Below are positions 21,094 to 33,819 of a stretch of DNA of 64,000 nucleotides, piece after piece. Every line of letters begins with the position of its first letter. Position 1 is the first letter of the stretch. Under the pieces are notes generated by a model. The model saw only the letters and a list, made by a program, of their open reading frames with translations, was not told where the DNA came from and made no database searches. Origin of the DNA: Trichosphaerium sp. ATCC 40318 (lineage: Eukaryota; Protista; Tubulinea); assembly GCA_038496445.1 (NCBI GenBank), contig JALMLS010000149.1:186001-250000 (forward strand), given 5' to 3'. The position numbers and the translations under genes are program-made.

Positions 21094-23464
21094 ATGCCTT
21101 CTATTGCTTTGCAAGTATTCGAACTGGTTATAGTGGTATGCTTGTTTCAAATCGGAGTTGCCATTAATAATACACCACAAGACTTTAAAATAGGTATGTA
21201 CAAATGATATCTTAAAAGGGGTTAATTCTTTTACTTTTTATAGGTATTTTAAATTTCAGGGGCGCGGAGGTAGCACACAATCAATGGAATGCAACAGCTA
21301 AGTATATCCAAGATCATTCTGTTGAGTTTTTTGGAGTTCAACATACATTTTCCACAATCGCTTTAACTTTGGCAGAAATCGATATCGCTGTAGCAGAAGA
21401 ATCTGTAGACTTTGTTATAACGACCCCTAGCCAGTATGTTCTACTTGAGGTAAAAGACACGTGATACATGAACTATTTTTAGATGTAGAAAAAAACTAAT
21501 TTCGATTTTTCGAAAATAGGTCAAATTCGCTATCTATCGTATTGCCACCCTTGTGAATCTCCGTCAGAACCACCGTCTGACGAAGTTTGGTGGTGTAATA
21601 TTTTCCATGAAGGAGAGTAATATATCAACCTTGCAAGATATCGAAAAGGCGAAAATACATGCATCTAGTCCAGTAGGATTTGGCGCCTATCTTATGCAAA
21701 TTGGTTACCTCGATGACATGGGCGTTGATACATCCAAGCTGAATATTTCCTTTCTATTCAATCAGAATAAAATAGTATCGAATATATTGGATGGTGTAGC
21801 AGACGTTGGGTTTGTACGAACTGATCAGCTTGAGAGATTTGTTGCAGCGAACCCAGAATACGAAGAGAAATACAAAAGAGTTTCAATATTTAAACCGGTT
21901 TCATCGTCTGCTTTCCCTTTCCCTCATACGACAGAATTATACCCTGAGTGGCCATTTTCTTTGACATCTTCTGTAGAGACTAGGATAGACGTAAGGTACA
22001 ACTTTTTTTAAATCACGTGACGTCAAACCCTTAAAAGACTGACCAAACTTTTGTTTTCAGGCGTATGATTACTTTACTTTTCTCAATTCCTTCAAATTCG
22101 ACGGCTGCGATTAAAGGACAATATGATCGTTGGACGTATCCGCTTAACTACATAAGTATATTTACGCTGTTGAGTAAATTTGACTTCTTTGATGACGAAT
22201 ACGAGACATGCCTAAAAAAATGCAATGCTGGCACGTGTGAAGAAATAAATAACTCTACACTTTGTAACTGCGATGTCGGATGGCAAGGAGAATTTTGTGA
22301 AATAATTAGTCCAAAAATTGAGGTGCGTCATTGCTAATACAGTCTGTTTTCTTTGAGCCATTTTGCTCGTATGTTTTTTGTTTGCTTTGACCTTACACTG
22401 ATACTTAGACCTGGGTGACTTTTGATGATTACGGAACATACGTTGTTGTTATATTATGTGCCATTGAGATTCTGTTAATATTAGTTCTAATGACACATAT
22501 TGTTATACACAGAAATTCAAAAAGAATCAAAAAAACAGGATTTTGGTTCACCACTTTATCACTTATCGGTTACTTATTGATGCTCTTTTCTATTTTTCTA
22601 TGGGTTGGTAAACCTTACGATATAACCTGCTCGCTCAGGGTTTGGTTGGCAGATATTGGATTTACCTTGGTACGTAGAAACCAAAACATGTTTTCATTTT
22701 CTGCAATTTTCGAAAAAAACAATTAAATTGTATCTCACAACGTGTTTTAGGCTTTTGTCGGACCAGTGGTGAAAATGGTGAGGTTGTCAATTTTGTATAG
22801 AAGTGAATTATTCACTATTAATGATATCACACTGGCCAAAATTGTTGTTGTAGTAATTTTCTTTAAACTCTGTTTTTTAGCTTGTTGGCAAATTGTAGCA
22901 CCTTCTGTTGTCTCAAAGGTGCAAGTTAAAACAAGGTACCTAATATATATATATACGTTATTTTCTTTAACATAGAATCATTTAGTTTTGACACAGTCGA
23001 TGCTGTATGCAAATTCAATATCTTCTTTGGAGCAATTGCTATATTTGTTAAGATATTCTTCATGATTATATTCGGCTGGCTCACATTTGCTATTCATAAG
23101 ACTAACATACACCACGACTTAAAAGAACAAAAATACATCAATTTATCTGTATACAACTCTATGGTAATAAGTACGAATAGCTCAAAATGGAAGCAAAGAT
23201 TTCATTCTTCTTTTTTTCTTTTTTTTGATGTTTCTTTTAGTTGTTCTCTGCTCTAGCCTTTATTTGGCTATATCAGATAAGAGATATTATCAAGAGTTCT
23301 ACATATTCACATGTGGTTATCTCATTCTTACAGCTTCTGCCATTTTACCGCTACTACCAACGCTTCTTGGGTATGTTCACACAACTGACCGCACAGTTAC
23401 TGTCAACGAAGCTATTCCTCCACCTTCTTCAAGAGATCCTGATGAGACCATCTCAAGACTATAG
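21094..23464 (+). CDS. Receptor-like protein: PhnD/TtrS-like solute-binding domain + EGF-like module + class C GPCR-like TM region
   Basis: Signal peptide; IGILNFRG..QWNAT, VDFVITTPSQYVLLE, FGGVIF, ADVGFVRTDQLE, TTELYPEWPF; CNCDVGWQGEFC; HRNSKRIKK..CSLRVWLADIGFTL..KMVRL..E.KYINLSVYN (7tm_3-like). Confidence 0.8.
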
Positions 23465-23771
23465 CGTATCCAAAATACAATAAATAGTTGGAACTTAATG
23501 TGTTAGTACATATCGTGTTGCACGGTTGTCATAAGGCTACTTTAGAAAAGGTCGCCTGGAGAGTTGGGGAATTAATTGTATTGCCATTTCAACATACGTT
23601 AACTAAGATCTACAAATGGATTCTTCTAGAATCTGTATCATTCTAACCGTAGGTTTGGTTAATCTAGACGTCCAAGACCCTGGAATCTTGATCATACATT
23701 TATCGAGTAGGGTTATTGTCTTAACACAACTTAAACGTTTTCAGCAGTCAACGCCGGAAAACGAGGAAGCA

Positions 23772-24502
23772 ATGCATAAACACTCAATATTACTACTTTT
23801 ATTTGCTTGCTATTGTAGCATTGCTTATAATACTGAGCCCTTCTCATGGAAAAACTGCGGTACGCAACACAATACTTGACAGTAAGATATTAACACACGC
23901 AAAGACCCTGGTTCTCCTATTAACATTACGGGCTTGACATTACAACCTTGTACGTATTTATTACGCTATTTTAAATACAAGCGCAGTTTGGTAAATCAGC
24001 TTGCTAAGCAAAGAAAGCACGTGTCATAAAAATGTTTGTCCGGTATTCGTGAATTATTCGTATAATTTTGCTAATCACCTCCTTCACTCAAGATCCACCA
24101 CAAGTCGGAAAAACCTTACTATATCTACCACGGGTACTTATTCAGTTGCTCTTACTGGTGGAACAGTGACGAACACGATTTCTTACGGAAATATTGTGCT
24201 AAGCTCAAACACTGGTACTAAACTTTAGAAACGGTGGAACTGCTTACTTTCTTTTTAAAGATAACATATGCTCACCACCATTGATACCATCATGCCCTTG
24301 CCCTTGTAAACCTGGTACTTACGAAGGCTCTAAAACATCGCCTGTTCCTCAGTATGCACCTTTGGTAAGTGGTTAAAGAATAGCGGCAATTTTAACACTT
24401 TGCAAGCTTGACTATGTTGGTCAAATTATTATAAAAGATGCAAACGAAACACTGCTTTCGTGTGTAACATACAACTTTTCTCTTGTAGATGTAACAAAGT
24501 AA
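23772..24502 (+). CDS. ML-domain (MD-2/NPC2-like) lipid-binding protein
   Basis: Signal peptide; FSWKNC..INITGLTLQPYPPQVGKNLTI..ICS..CPCKPG..LLSCVTYNF. Confidence 0.85.
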
Positions 24503-25366
24503 AGTTGTAAGCAAATAAAACCTTCTCAGAATAAAGTATAATTGTTTAATTCGCAAATAGCATTTCTCGCCATTCACTCAAAGGAACGTAACATCTGTCT
24601 ACAATGGGTGTATTGTAAATGTGGCTCATTTACATAGCACTTTAGGAATGGACGAGTGTGTTACTTTCTACCTAAGGTCTTTTTTTTCAATTTAATTCTC
24701 GAAACCAGAGGTTTACTTAAGTATGTGCAACTGTTATTCGTTTTACTACCTTTATGAGACATAAGTAAGGTACGAACGAGTAAACCAGTTTGAATGAAAT
24801 TATTTCTGTTCTACTTTGTAGGTATTGAAAGGAATTACTTCCTGCGTATTTGGTTTCGCATCAGTACGATGCATCTAAGAACAAAAACAAAACCAATATT
24901 TATTTGCCCTGCTTTTGTTATGTATAAATAATCTATCGTCCTAGTTCAACTACAACCGTTTTATTAATCTTATACTTTATGCTTTGATAACGGCTCCTGG
25001 GATGTCATTATAATTTTACTGTGAAGGTGGCCTGGCGAAGTTGCTGGAGTGATGAGAGGGCTACCTCCAAGAATTAAAAGCCTGGCATTTTAAAGCCTAC
25101 TTAAGTAGCAAAGCATTTTTTGTGTTATGAACTTCTAGCCACAGGATATGAATATAACCGTACAATTTCAACGCCAACAAAGTTGAATCCAAGAACTGCA
25201 CTTAGTAAATAAATGTTTAAAGGCATACAACGACCTGGTGTCGTGAAGCTTTGTGAACAATCTTTAAAAGTGTAAAATTTAATGTAATTAAAACGCGCTA
25301 TATGCGAAATAACAAAAGGGTTATACTAGCAAAAAAAAACCAAGACATGAAATAATTATACTACAT

Positions 25367-27262
25367 TTATTCAACTTCTTCTACACTTGGTTGTGTTGGT
25401 GGACTTCCTGACTGATGAATCTTTGCCATTAATTTGTTGACCTTCTCTTCAAGTTGACTACGCCTTGTATTGTATGTGTCAGCACTTTCGTTTGGGTTGT
25501 TTTCTGTAAATCGAATTGAATCCATGACTTCTTCTTCAAGTGTTGATAACTCCTCAGGCGCAAGTTTCTCCTTGATATTCTTTTCTTCAAGTGTAGAACG
25601 CACACGGAAGGCGTAATTCTCCAAGTTATTCTTTGCTTCAACACGTTGTAGTGCTTTCTCGTCATCTTCTTTAAATTTCTCAGACTCTGCTACCATTCGA
25701 TCAATATCTTCTTTTGTGAGATTGCCTGTTTGCGCTTGAATCTCGATACTCTTAGAATTACCATTTGCTTCGTCTTTGGCGCTTACTGTAAGGATACCGT
25801 TTGAGTCTATAGCGTATACCACCGTTATCTTAGGTACACCACGAGGAGCTGGAGGAATATTCGTCAAATTAAATTGGCCAAGTGCTCTGTTGTCTTTTGT
25901 GAATCGCCTTTCTCCTTCAAACACTTGAATTGTAACTGCAGTTTGATTATCAGCAGCTGTCGAGAAATATTGTTCTTTTGTCGTTGGAATCTTTGTGTTT
26001 CTTGGAATTAGAGTTGTCATGATACCACCTGCAGTCTCCAATCCCATACTCAAAGGAGCAACATCGATGAGTACAATGTCGTCCAATATTTTATCTTTTT
26101 TGCCAGCAATGATCGCAGCTTGAACAGCGGCACCATAAGCAACAGCTTCATCTGGATTGATGGATTTGTTGAGTTTCTTTCCATTGAAATAATCAGAGAG
26201 CATCTTCTGTATTCTTGGAATACGTGTAGATCCACCAACCAGAATGATTTCGTGAATAGTGTGTTTGTCCATCTTTGCATCTCTGAGAACTTGTTCAACT
26301 GGTTGAAGAGTTTGCTTGAAAAGATCCATATTGAGCTCTTCAAAACGTGCTCTTGAAAGTTTTGTGAAAAAGTCTGTGCCTTGATATAGAGCATCAATTT
26401 CAATAGATGCCATTGTAGCGTTTGAAAGTGTTCTCTTTGCGCGTTCACAAGCTGTACGGAGACGTCTTAGGGCACGGTCGTTGTTTGAAATATTGAGGTT
26501 GTGTTTGCGTTTGAACTCTTTGATGAAATGATCCACGACTCTGTTGTCAAAATCTTCGCCACCCAAATGAGTGTTGCCAGCTGTGGCGCGTACCTCAGTG
26601 ACACCTTCATCGAGGGTCAAAAGACTGACATCAAAAGTACCACCGCCCAAATCAAATACTAGAACATTTCTCTCGCCCTTGTTCGCTGTGTCTAGTCCAT
26701 AAGCAAGTGCTGCCGCTGTAGGTTCGTTGATAATTCTTCGGATATTGAGCCCTGCAATGATACCAGCGTCTTTTGTAGACTTACGCTGGGCGTCGTTAAA
26801 ATAGGCAGGGACTGTGACAACGGCATCTGTGACTTTTTGTCCAAGGTAGTTCTCCGCTGTTTGCTTCATCTTTGAAAGTACCATGGCGCTGATTTCTTCT
26901 GGTGTGAAAGTCTTGAGTTGATTTTTGAAAGTGACTTGAACATGTGGCTTTCCGTCTTTGTTGATAACTTTAAAGGCCCAGTGTTTGGCATCGCTCTGAA
27001 CTGACTGGTCGTTGAATTTGCGCCCAATCAATCTCTTTGCATCGAAAACAGTGTTGGTTGGATTCATTGCTGCTTGGTTCTTTGCCGCTTCACCAATAAG
27101 ACGTTCTGTATCTCCAAACGAAACATAACTCGGTGTTGTTCTGTTACCGTTGTCATTGGCAATGATATCGACTTTACCGTTGTTGTAGTGACCGACGCAA
27201 GAATATGTCGTTCCAAGGTCAATACCGATGCATGGTCCTTTTATTTTTGTTGATTGACTCAT
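25367..27262 (-). CDS. HSP70: Hsp70 chaperone, intronless, copy 2 (631 aa)
   Basis: Near-identical to 3530-5425 (7 aa differences by comparison of the translations), same VEEVE terminus. ~150 nt of 5' flank is shared. Confidence 0.97.
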   Translation of the reverse strand: MSQSTKIKGPCIGIDLGTTYSCVGHYNNGKVDIIANDNGNRTTPSYVSFGDTERLIGEAAKNQAAMNPTNTVFDAKRLIGRKFNDQSVQSDAKHWAFKVINKDGKPHVQVTFKNQLKTFTPEEISAMVLSKMKQTAENYLGQKVTDAVVTVPAYFNDAQRKSTKDAGIIAGLNIRRIINEPTAAALAYGLDTANKGERNVLVFDLGGGTFDVSLLTLDEGVTEVRATAGNTHLGGEDFDNRVVDHFIKEFKRKHNLNISNNDRALRRLRTACERAKRTLSNATMASIEIDALYQGTDFFTKLSRARFEELNMDLFKQTLQPVEQVLRDAKMDKHTIHEIILVGGSTRIPRIQKMLSDYFNGKKLNKSINPDEAVAYGAAVQAAIIAGKKDKILDDIVLIDVAPLSMGLETAGGIMTTLIPRNTKIPTTKEQYFSTAADNQTAVTIQVFEGERRFTKDNRALGQFNLTNIPPAPRGVPKITVVYAIDSNGILTVSAKDEANGNSKSIEIQAQTGNLTKEDIDRMVAESEKFKEDDEKALQRVEAKNNLENYAFRVRSTLEEKNIKEKLAPEELSTLEEEVMDSIRFTENNPNESADTYNTRRSQLEEKVNKLMAKIHQSGSPPTQPSVEEVE

Positions 27263-27794
27263 TTTAGTACGTTGTTGTGTTGTTTGAATGATTTTTGAAA
27301 TAATGGTGTTGTCTTGAAGCGATTGTTTTATGTGAAGTATGAAAATCAACGAAATTTCTGTGGAATTTCTACTAAATCCCATAAAGAACTTATTGAAAGT
27401 TGCCACAGTACTGTTTTAGATCTGCCTTGGGCTCATTGATGCACCTGGGTAGTGTAGTTTTACACTCCGCCAGTAGCAAGAGTTACTGGGCTTTTAGGTT
27501 AGTAGTTGAAGATGAACGGCGCACGTTAAGAGTTTAACCTCTTTGTTCCGTTGAGTTACTTCTTCAACAGCGAACCTTGCAAACGGCAAAGGGCTGGTTT
27601 TAAAACCAGTCAAACAATAAAGAAAACAAATCCGGGATTCATTCGGGCTTGCAACTCAGAACCTGTATGCTGCCTCCAAACAAAGTGTTCTCAACATTGA
27701 ATAATAGCAGTTCTTTAGTGTTTATTGCGTAAACAAGCTATGCATTACTGGGTAAATCATTTATTATTAACTAAAACAGAAATACAACCTTCCG

Positions 27795-29066
27795 TTAAAC
27801 ACAACAACTCATTTTTAGCCAATGTAAAACAACAGATTCTTCTGTGAAAAAAAAAGTTACAATCAAGCTTCACAATTCACCAGGCGAATATTCTATGCCT
27901 GAATTGCCGTCATGTGGTGCGTCCTGTTGAATAATTAATTAAAAGGAATATTAACATATTTACTAAGGTACCATTGATACAATACCATTTGTGAGGCCAA
28001 TATAGAGCTTATGATTATGATAAAAAATTGCTGTAATTCTTTTCGTGATATTTGGTCGAAACATTATTTTAAGTTTGTGTACCACGTTTGGGTTGTTTGC
28101 AATGTATATCTTATATAACCCAGTAGTACCACATATATACATCTGTCCTTGTGAATCAAAAGCTATACTATTGATTGTCCTACCAAGTTGAAAAACTGTC
28201 GATACTTTTTTTGTATTCAATGAAACCTTGACAATATCATCACCGTAAGCTAAAAAGACATCTTTTGTTTTTGGATGAGTCACCATAGCTAAACAAGTGA
28301 CACCACTCTGTGTAGTCGTACCTTTTTCAAAAAGTCAATACAGAAGCCAAGGTAAAAGGACGGGAATTTAAGGTAAAAAAAAAAAAAGAGAAAAATGACT
28401 TACCAACGACATTGACATTACCGCTTTTGTCTATTACAATCAGTTTTTGGTCATACTCTTTATGATCAATAACGTTCGCTATAATATCTCCAGCACTGTT
28501 TAAACAAAAGCAGGTAATCTCGAGGTATTCAGGAACATTTTGACTGACTACTGTCGGTTCATCTCCTACTTTAGCCTTTTTGATTTGCTCATCATGAAGA
28601 AAGTACATTCTATCCATAAAACCAACTGTCCAATCGCCACTCTGCATTACTGTATTTCCAGAAAAAGCATTAAAGACTTTATTACAAGTATGATCATGGT
28701 ATATCAACTAAGTGTAGACGTTAACAACGGGTTTGGTGAGCGTTTAGCTCACCTCGTCCTCAAATAAGGAGAAACACGTTATAAAACCTCGGTTTAGGCT
28801 ATCAGTCACCTGAGTATATTTTTGGATGCGCAGAGAGTCCTGTGAAGGCGTTACTGTAATTTTTAACAACAAAGTGCTGATTTACATACTTTGATTACAG
28901 AAATACCTTCAACAATCTTCTTTAGCTTACTACATACGCTACGTACTCTTAGTAAAGCAGGTATTGATGAACGCGACAAAATCTCGTTAAAAAGCTCTGG
29001 CGGCAAATCTGTCCATCTGAAAACAAGCTTCATCGATTCTCTTTTCCGTACTTTAGCTTTATCCAT
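27795..29066 (-). CDS. F-box protein with beta-propeller-like C-terminus
   Basis: WTDLPPELFNEILSR..LLRVRSVCSKLKKIVE F-box; repeated beta-blade motifs (INSIAFDSQGQMYIC, ITAIFYHNHKLYIG); multi-exon. Confidence 0.75.
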
Positions 29067-29304
29067 CAAAAGATGGGAAATGGTACTTAACAACTTGGAA
29101 AAACTGTTTCAGTCCAAAAATAAACCAAAACTTCCTTTTATGACTGCCAGAAAACAATAGTTCGGGCAACCGCTACAATCGAGAAATAAATGCTAAAAAT
29201 TATTCGATAAACAATTCCAAACCAAACACAAACGTTGGTATTTTGATTAGGGTTTTTTGAAGAAATTAATTAACTTGTAATCTTGATATTTTACTTTTAT
29301 GGTC

Positions 29305-32300
29305 TCACGCAAATTGTATCTTTTTTGATTGCTTAAATACGCTTCCATTGGCCATATTCACTTTGATTGTTATAGTGCTGATTTTTTATCCTTTGCCAGA
29401 TCCACAAGTCTTTTGGTCAAACACATATAAGAAGAGTAATAAGATCTGCAAAAAAACTTAGGTTTCTACAGTTAACAATTCATACCTCTGTAGAAATAGG
29501 TCGTCAACAAAAATATCAGTGTATATGTGTCTATCCAAAGAAAATCTAGAAGATTTCCACGACAGAATGCTCTTGTCATTGTCTTCGTTGTAATCCACTT
29601 TCATGTCTTCCAATACATCTTGGTCCTCAACCTAAAAAAGTAATGTTTAGTTTTCGTCAATATCTGTTTGCGTACTGGTTGTTCTTTGATTCTAAGCTCT
29701 CCCAAATACGCACTAAATGATTTACCTCCTTTTGTAACCTTCGGTAGTACATACATCCCAATCACTGAACTTCCAAGTATATTAATAACTGCTGTTTTTT
29801 CAACCCAATCTCCTTTCTTCTCTTGGTTTGTGATATGTTCAGACAAGTCAATAAACTTTTTACTACCATCATTCTGTTGATTCTCAACTTGAATGCAGAG
29901 ATCTAAAACATTTCCTTGATTTTCCCATACCACCCAAGATATCATTAAACCCGTAGATTGTGCAGATTGACAAAAATGAGTTTTATAAAGTAGAATTCTT
30001 TCTTCTCCTCTAGATCAGTATTATTTCGAGAAAACTATCACAGATTACGTACAATGGGTTTCCATCTATTCGAAGGCAGCTTCCCCCTTCATACGCCAAG
30101 TGAGAAGCAACAGATAGCGCGAATGATTCATTATTGCAACCTAGTGTAGGCAGCGAATCAGTCCCTGCAATGTTGAACCAAGGAGCAGCTGACAACAGTT
30201 TGCCTTTACTGTACAAACCCAAGCCCCTTCCACTACGGATTATCAGTTCAAAAAGACCTTGAAGTACCCTTCTAAGTACTTTCTACGTACTTGTTAAATG
30301 ACGAATAAAACGGCAAAACAACTGGTGTTCTTTTGTGTACGGCACTAGAATTAATACCTAAAGATGAATTGTCAGGCATTTGTTTTAGAAAGAAATGACA
30401 AGTCTTGTCTACCTTTTTCTGTATTTTTATGTGTCATCGCTACCACAGGTTTTGATATTGATATTGATTTACCAGTAACCGCCACTGATAACCCAGAAGT
30501 TTTTTGTGTATCGACAAGATAAGTATGATGGAAATGAGACCAAGAATTTCCTAACTTGAAACATGTCTTTTCTGAAGAAGGAAGTACTAATCTATACGTC
30601 TCTCCTATACTTATCTTTAAAACACTTGATTGTGGATCCTCGACATCAGATTTATAAAAAAAACTGCAATGAATAAACTGCTTGTTTTTAGTATCAAGCT
30701 TTGATTTACTTTCCAAATCAATCAATTCATTTAAGGTTTCTGCCTTATCGCCAAAAGAAATACAACTAACATCCTTTCCATATATTTTAGTATCACTGAT
30801 ACTCACAGTATCGGGTATATTACTAAACAGTGGATGAACTAATAATATGATTAGACTGTACTCAACAAAGAAAACAATCTTAAAGACTTTATGAAAAGAG
30901 GTTCTTCGAACCATTGAACTCGTCACCAAGCCACAACTTATTTTCTGCTAAACCCCACAAGAAACTAAGAAAATGTAAGCATACAGCAGTTATGGTACTA
31001 CAATACAAAAAAACAATGGTCGTCTTACTTGTCATTTGGTGCAATGTTTTCGTAAGTCCATGCAGGTGCAAAAATTGCTGCTGATGTTCTTGCTTTGAAA
31101 GCAGCTTCGACACCTTTGAAGCTATCATAACCTCCTCCACCAAATGTATTTCTACCAAAAACATCTGTGCCAGTGTATACATCATATTTTCTAACACCAG
31201 CATGCTTTACACTTATCTCAGGGTATCCCTCTTTCCACGTGTAATTTGTAAAAATAGAATCACAACAATCGAAAAATGCTTTGTTTTTTTCGTTCAAGCA
31301 GTCCTGCCTTTAAAACTCTTTGTTAAACACGGTTCTTAATAGCTTCATCCGTACCATTTTAAATCCCCAGAGACAGTTACACTGTCATACCTGTAGTATA
31401 CTTGTAAGAAAAGTAAAACAAAAGCAATGTTACTTACCACATGACGATTGCATCCGGATTAATTGATTTCACTCTCGCCCGTACATCAGTAAGAAAACCT
31501 ATAAGATTTTCCACATTCTCTGGAAGTACACGACTTTCAAGATTAAAGAACCATCCATCGAAACCATGGTGTTTCATGATACTAATGAACCAATAAACAG
31601 AATAGAAAAACAAAATAAAAAAAATGTCAATTTGACAACAACGTCATTTACTTACTCTACTAATCTGGAAGCGGCCTCATCTATGCATGCTTTGTCGCTG
31701 TAGAGGATTACCAAAACAGCTATGAAACTAAAATGTTTGTAGATAGTACCCGAACAACAAGTCATTCTCAGCTTCTCCAGGACCCCACTCTGTTATAAAC
31801 GTGCCCTTGAAAAAATGCATTAACGTCGTTTGATGAAATTGTGTTTTTAGCTTACCAAGCATTTGACGCCGTTTTTATGACAAGCGTGTATCCAACCGGG
31901 CGGAGGTATGGTTATACGCTCATGAGAAAAGTAAATAAATGTGTCAATGTACTACTCCGCCGTTAATGTTGTTAAACCACTGCCAACGCTCTACAGTACC
32001 TGCCAATAGCGGAAATTGTAGATGTGGTAGCTTTCGCTTCCATATATTAAAGCATCCTCGTTGTAACCTCCTTTTACGCGTCAATAAGCCTACCTGTTTA
32101 CTATTGATGATGTTTTATACCTTGCATGTCATGACTACTCTCAATTAGCACAAAAGTATTTTATAGTACCACTAGTACCATATAAGTAATTTTGGATGAT
32201 CTCCAGCCTGTTGCTGTGTTTTGCGCAGAGTACAAACGTTAACTGCTGCAGAAATAGGTTCCACGCCAGTAAATCAGCAATAGACTTGAGGGGTTGCGCT

Positions 32301-32305
32301 AGCAT
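29305..32305 (-). CDS. ENGASE: Cytosolic endo-beta-N-acetylglucosaminidase (GH85)
   Basis: CHDMQGGY, YIDTFIYFSH, GTFITEW, FDGWFFNLE, WYDSVT, IFTNYTW, DVFGRNTFGGGG, AIFAPAWTYE. Confidence 0.92.
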
Positions 32306-32572
32306 TGTTGTACGTATTGTGACAACGAACTTAACCTGAACTGTTTTTATGTAAGTCTAGTCAATTCCCAAGTGTCTAAACACAGTTTTATTGATTGGCT
32401 GAGATATTAACAGGGTTTTCACATTTAGAAGTATTCTCTAAGTGCTAAATTAAGCATGTCAAGGGAAGAAGATTATCGCTTTTAAAGAAAGAAGGTACAA
32501 GTTTTATTAGTGCACGTGTGTACAAACGTTGGTGTTCGTGATGTTGTAACAGGTAAGCCATTGTTATGATAG

Positions 32573-33403
32573 TTATAAACTTGTAAGCACACCATTAATT
32601 TCGAGCGTTTTTAGAGATTTTGAATGGCTCAAACAATCATGTGAAATGGTGTCACAACGTTTCAGTTTAAGGTGCTCAAGATTGGTCAAATGTTTCATCC
32701 CTGCGTCCGTTAATAGTCCACACTCTTGTAATTCTAAGCGCTTTACATTTTTCAATGCTTTGATTCCGTTGTCTGTGATGCATGAAGCATTGAGAATACG
32801 AACAGTGTGTACATTACCAAGATGTTTAAGCCATTCATTAACATCATTGAAATCAGGAAATAAAATTTGGTTTACTTTTATATCATTTCCAAAGGTTATT
32901 TTGTGGACATTACAGAGTTCTTTCACACCTTCAACAGTTATTCTTTGGCACATAAAGATGCTAATCGTGTGAACCTTTTTGAGTGCTCGTAACGAAACAT
33001 CTGTTATCTCTGTGCATTGTAAATTGATGTCATGAATGCTATGGTTTCCACCTTGAGTCAATGCAAGGATTCCCTCGTCTCTGATTATTGTACCACGCAA
33101 ATCAATAGTGTGAACACCACAAAGGCACGTGAAATCATTCTCTGATAGTGTTATCCAGCATCCAAAGTTAATTACTGTGTTGTTCAGTAGTGGGCTGCCT
33201 CTCAGAACCTCACAATCTGACGATTGTATTAACCACAGGCAATCAAACCCAATATTATAACGAATCACGTCATTGAACATGTGAGAGACGATAGAAGATG
33301 AAATACGTTCTTTTTTGTTTAAATAGCGCAGAATTTGAGTTAATGTTTCTGGTGGCAAGGGTAGTGAGCAAATTCGTTCTGTTTTACAACGCTTCGCTGC
33401 CAT
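32573..33403 (-). CDS. Intronless F-box / leucine-rich-repeat protein (276 aa)
   Basis: LPPETLTQILRYL F-box, then LRRs of type VHTIDLRGTIIRDEGI / VHTISIFMCQRITVEGV / LGNVHTVRI..CITDNGI. Confidence 0.88.
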   Translation of the reverse strand: MAAKRCKTERICSLPLPPETLTQILRYLNKKERISSSIVSHMFNDVIRYNIGFDCLWLIQSSDCEVLRGSPLLNNTVINFGCWITLSENDFTCLCGVHTIDLRGTIIRDEGILALTQGGNHSIHDINLQCTEITDVSLRALKKVHTISIFMCQRITVEGVKELCNVHKITFGNDIKVNQILFPDFNDVNEWLKHLGNVHTVRILNASCITDNGIKALKNVKRLELQECGLLTDAGMKHLTNLEHLKLKRCDTISHDCLSHSKSLKTLEINGVLTSL

Positions 33404-33819
33404 GTTGTTGTAAGGGCTGTCTTTTAAGTACGATAATTGCTTTGTTAAGCCAGTAATCCTAAAGTTGTATTCTCAAGAGGCTTGTAGAAGTCTACGCCAA
33501 AAGGTATTAACACTCGCTACCAGAGTGAGTTGGAACCTTGTGCGACCCTAATACATTAAGAAATGCCTGTTGTCGAGCAATAGATTCTTTTAATCACTAT
33601 TTCGACATTTGTACTTGCAAACTATGATAAAAAAAAAGAGGCAAGCTGCTAAAGGCTTATTTTTAACCTTTTCTGTCACAAATTCGATATCTGAGAACCA
33701 GGTAGTTTTAAGACATTAACAGTAACAGAAAATATCCATTACAGAGTATGTTACCTTAAACATGTGGAAAGAACCAGAGGTTTCATTAATGCACTGTTTT
33801 TGGAAGGGTTTTTTTTTAT

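Noticed and set aside
27421-27470. U2 snRNA-like words (GCCTT..GGCT..AGTGTAGT) and a CTAACCTAA telomerase-template-like word nearby
   Set aside because: Spacing and the GTAGTA branch-pairing sequence do not match U2, and the template-like word is too short to be meaningful.
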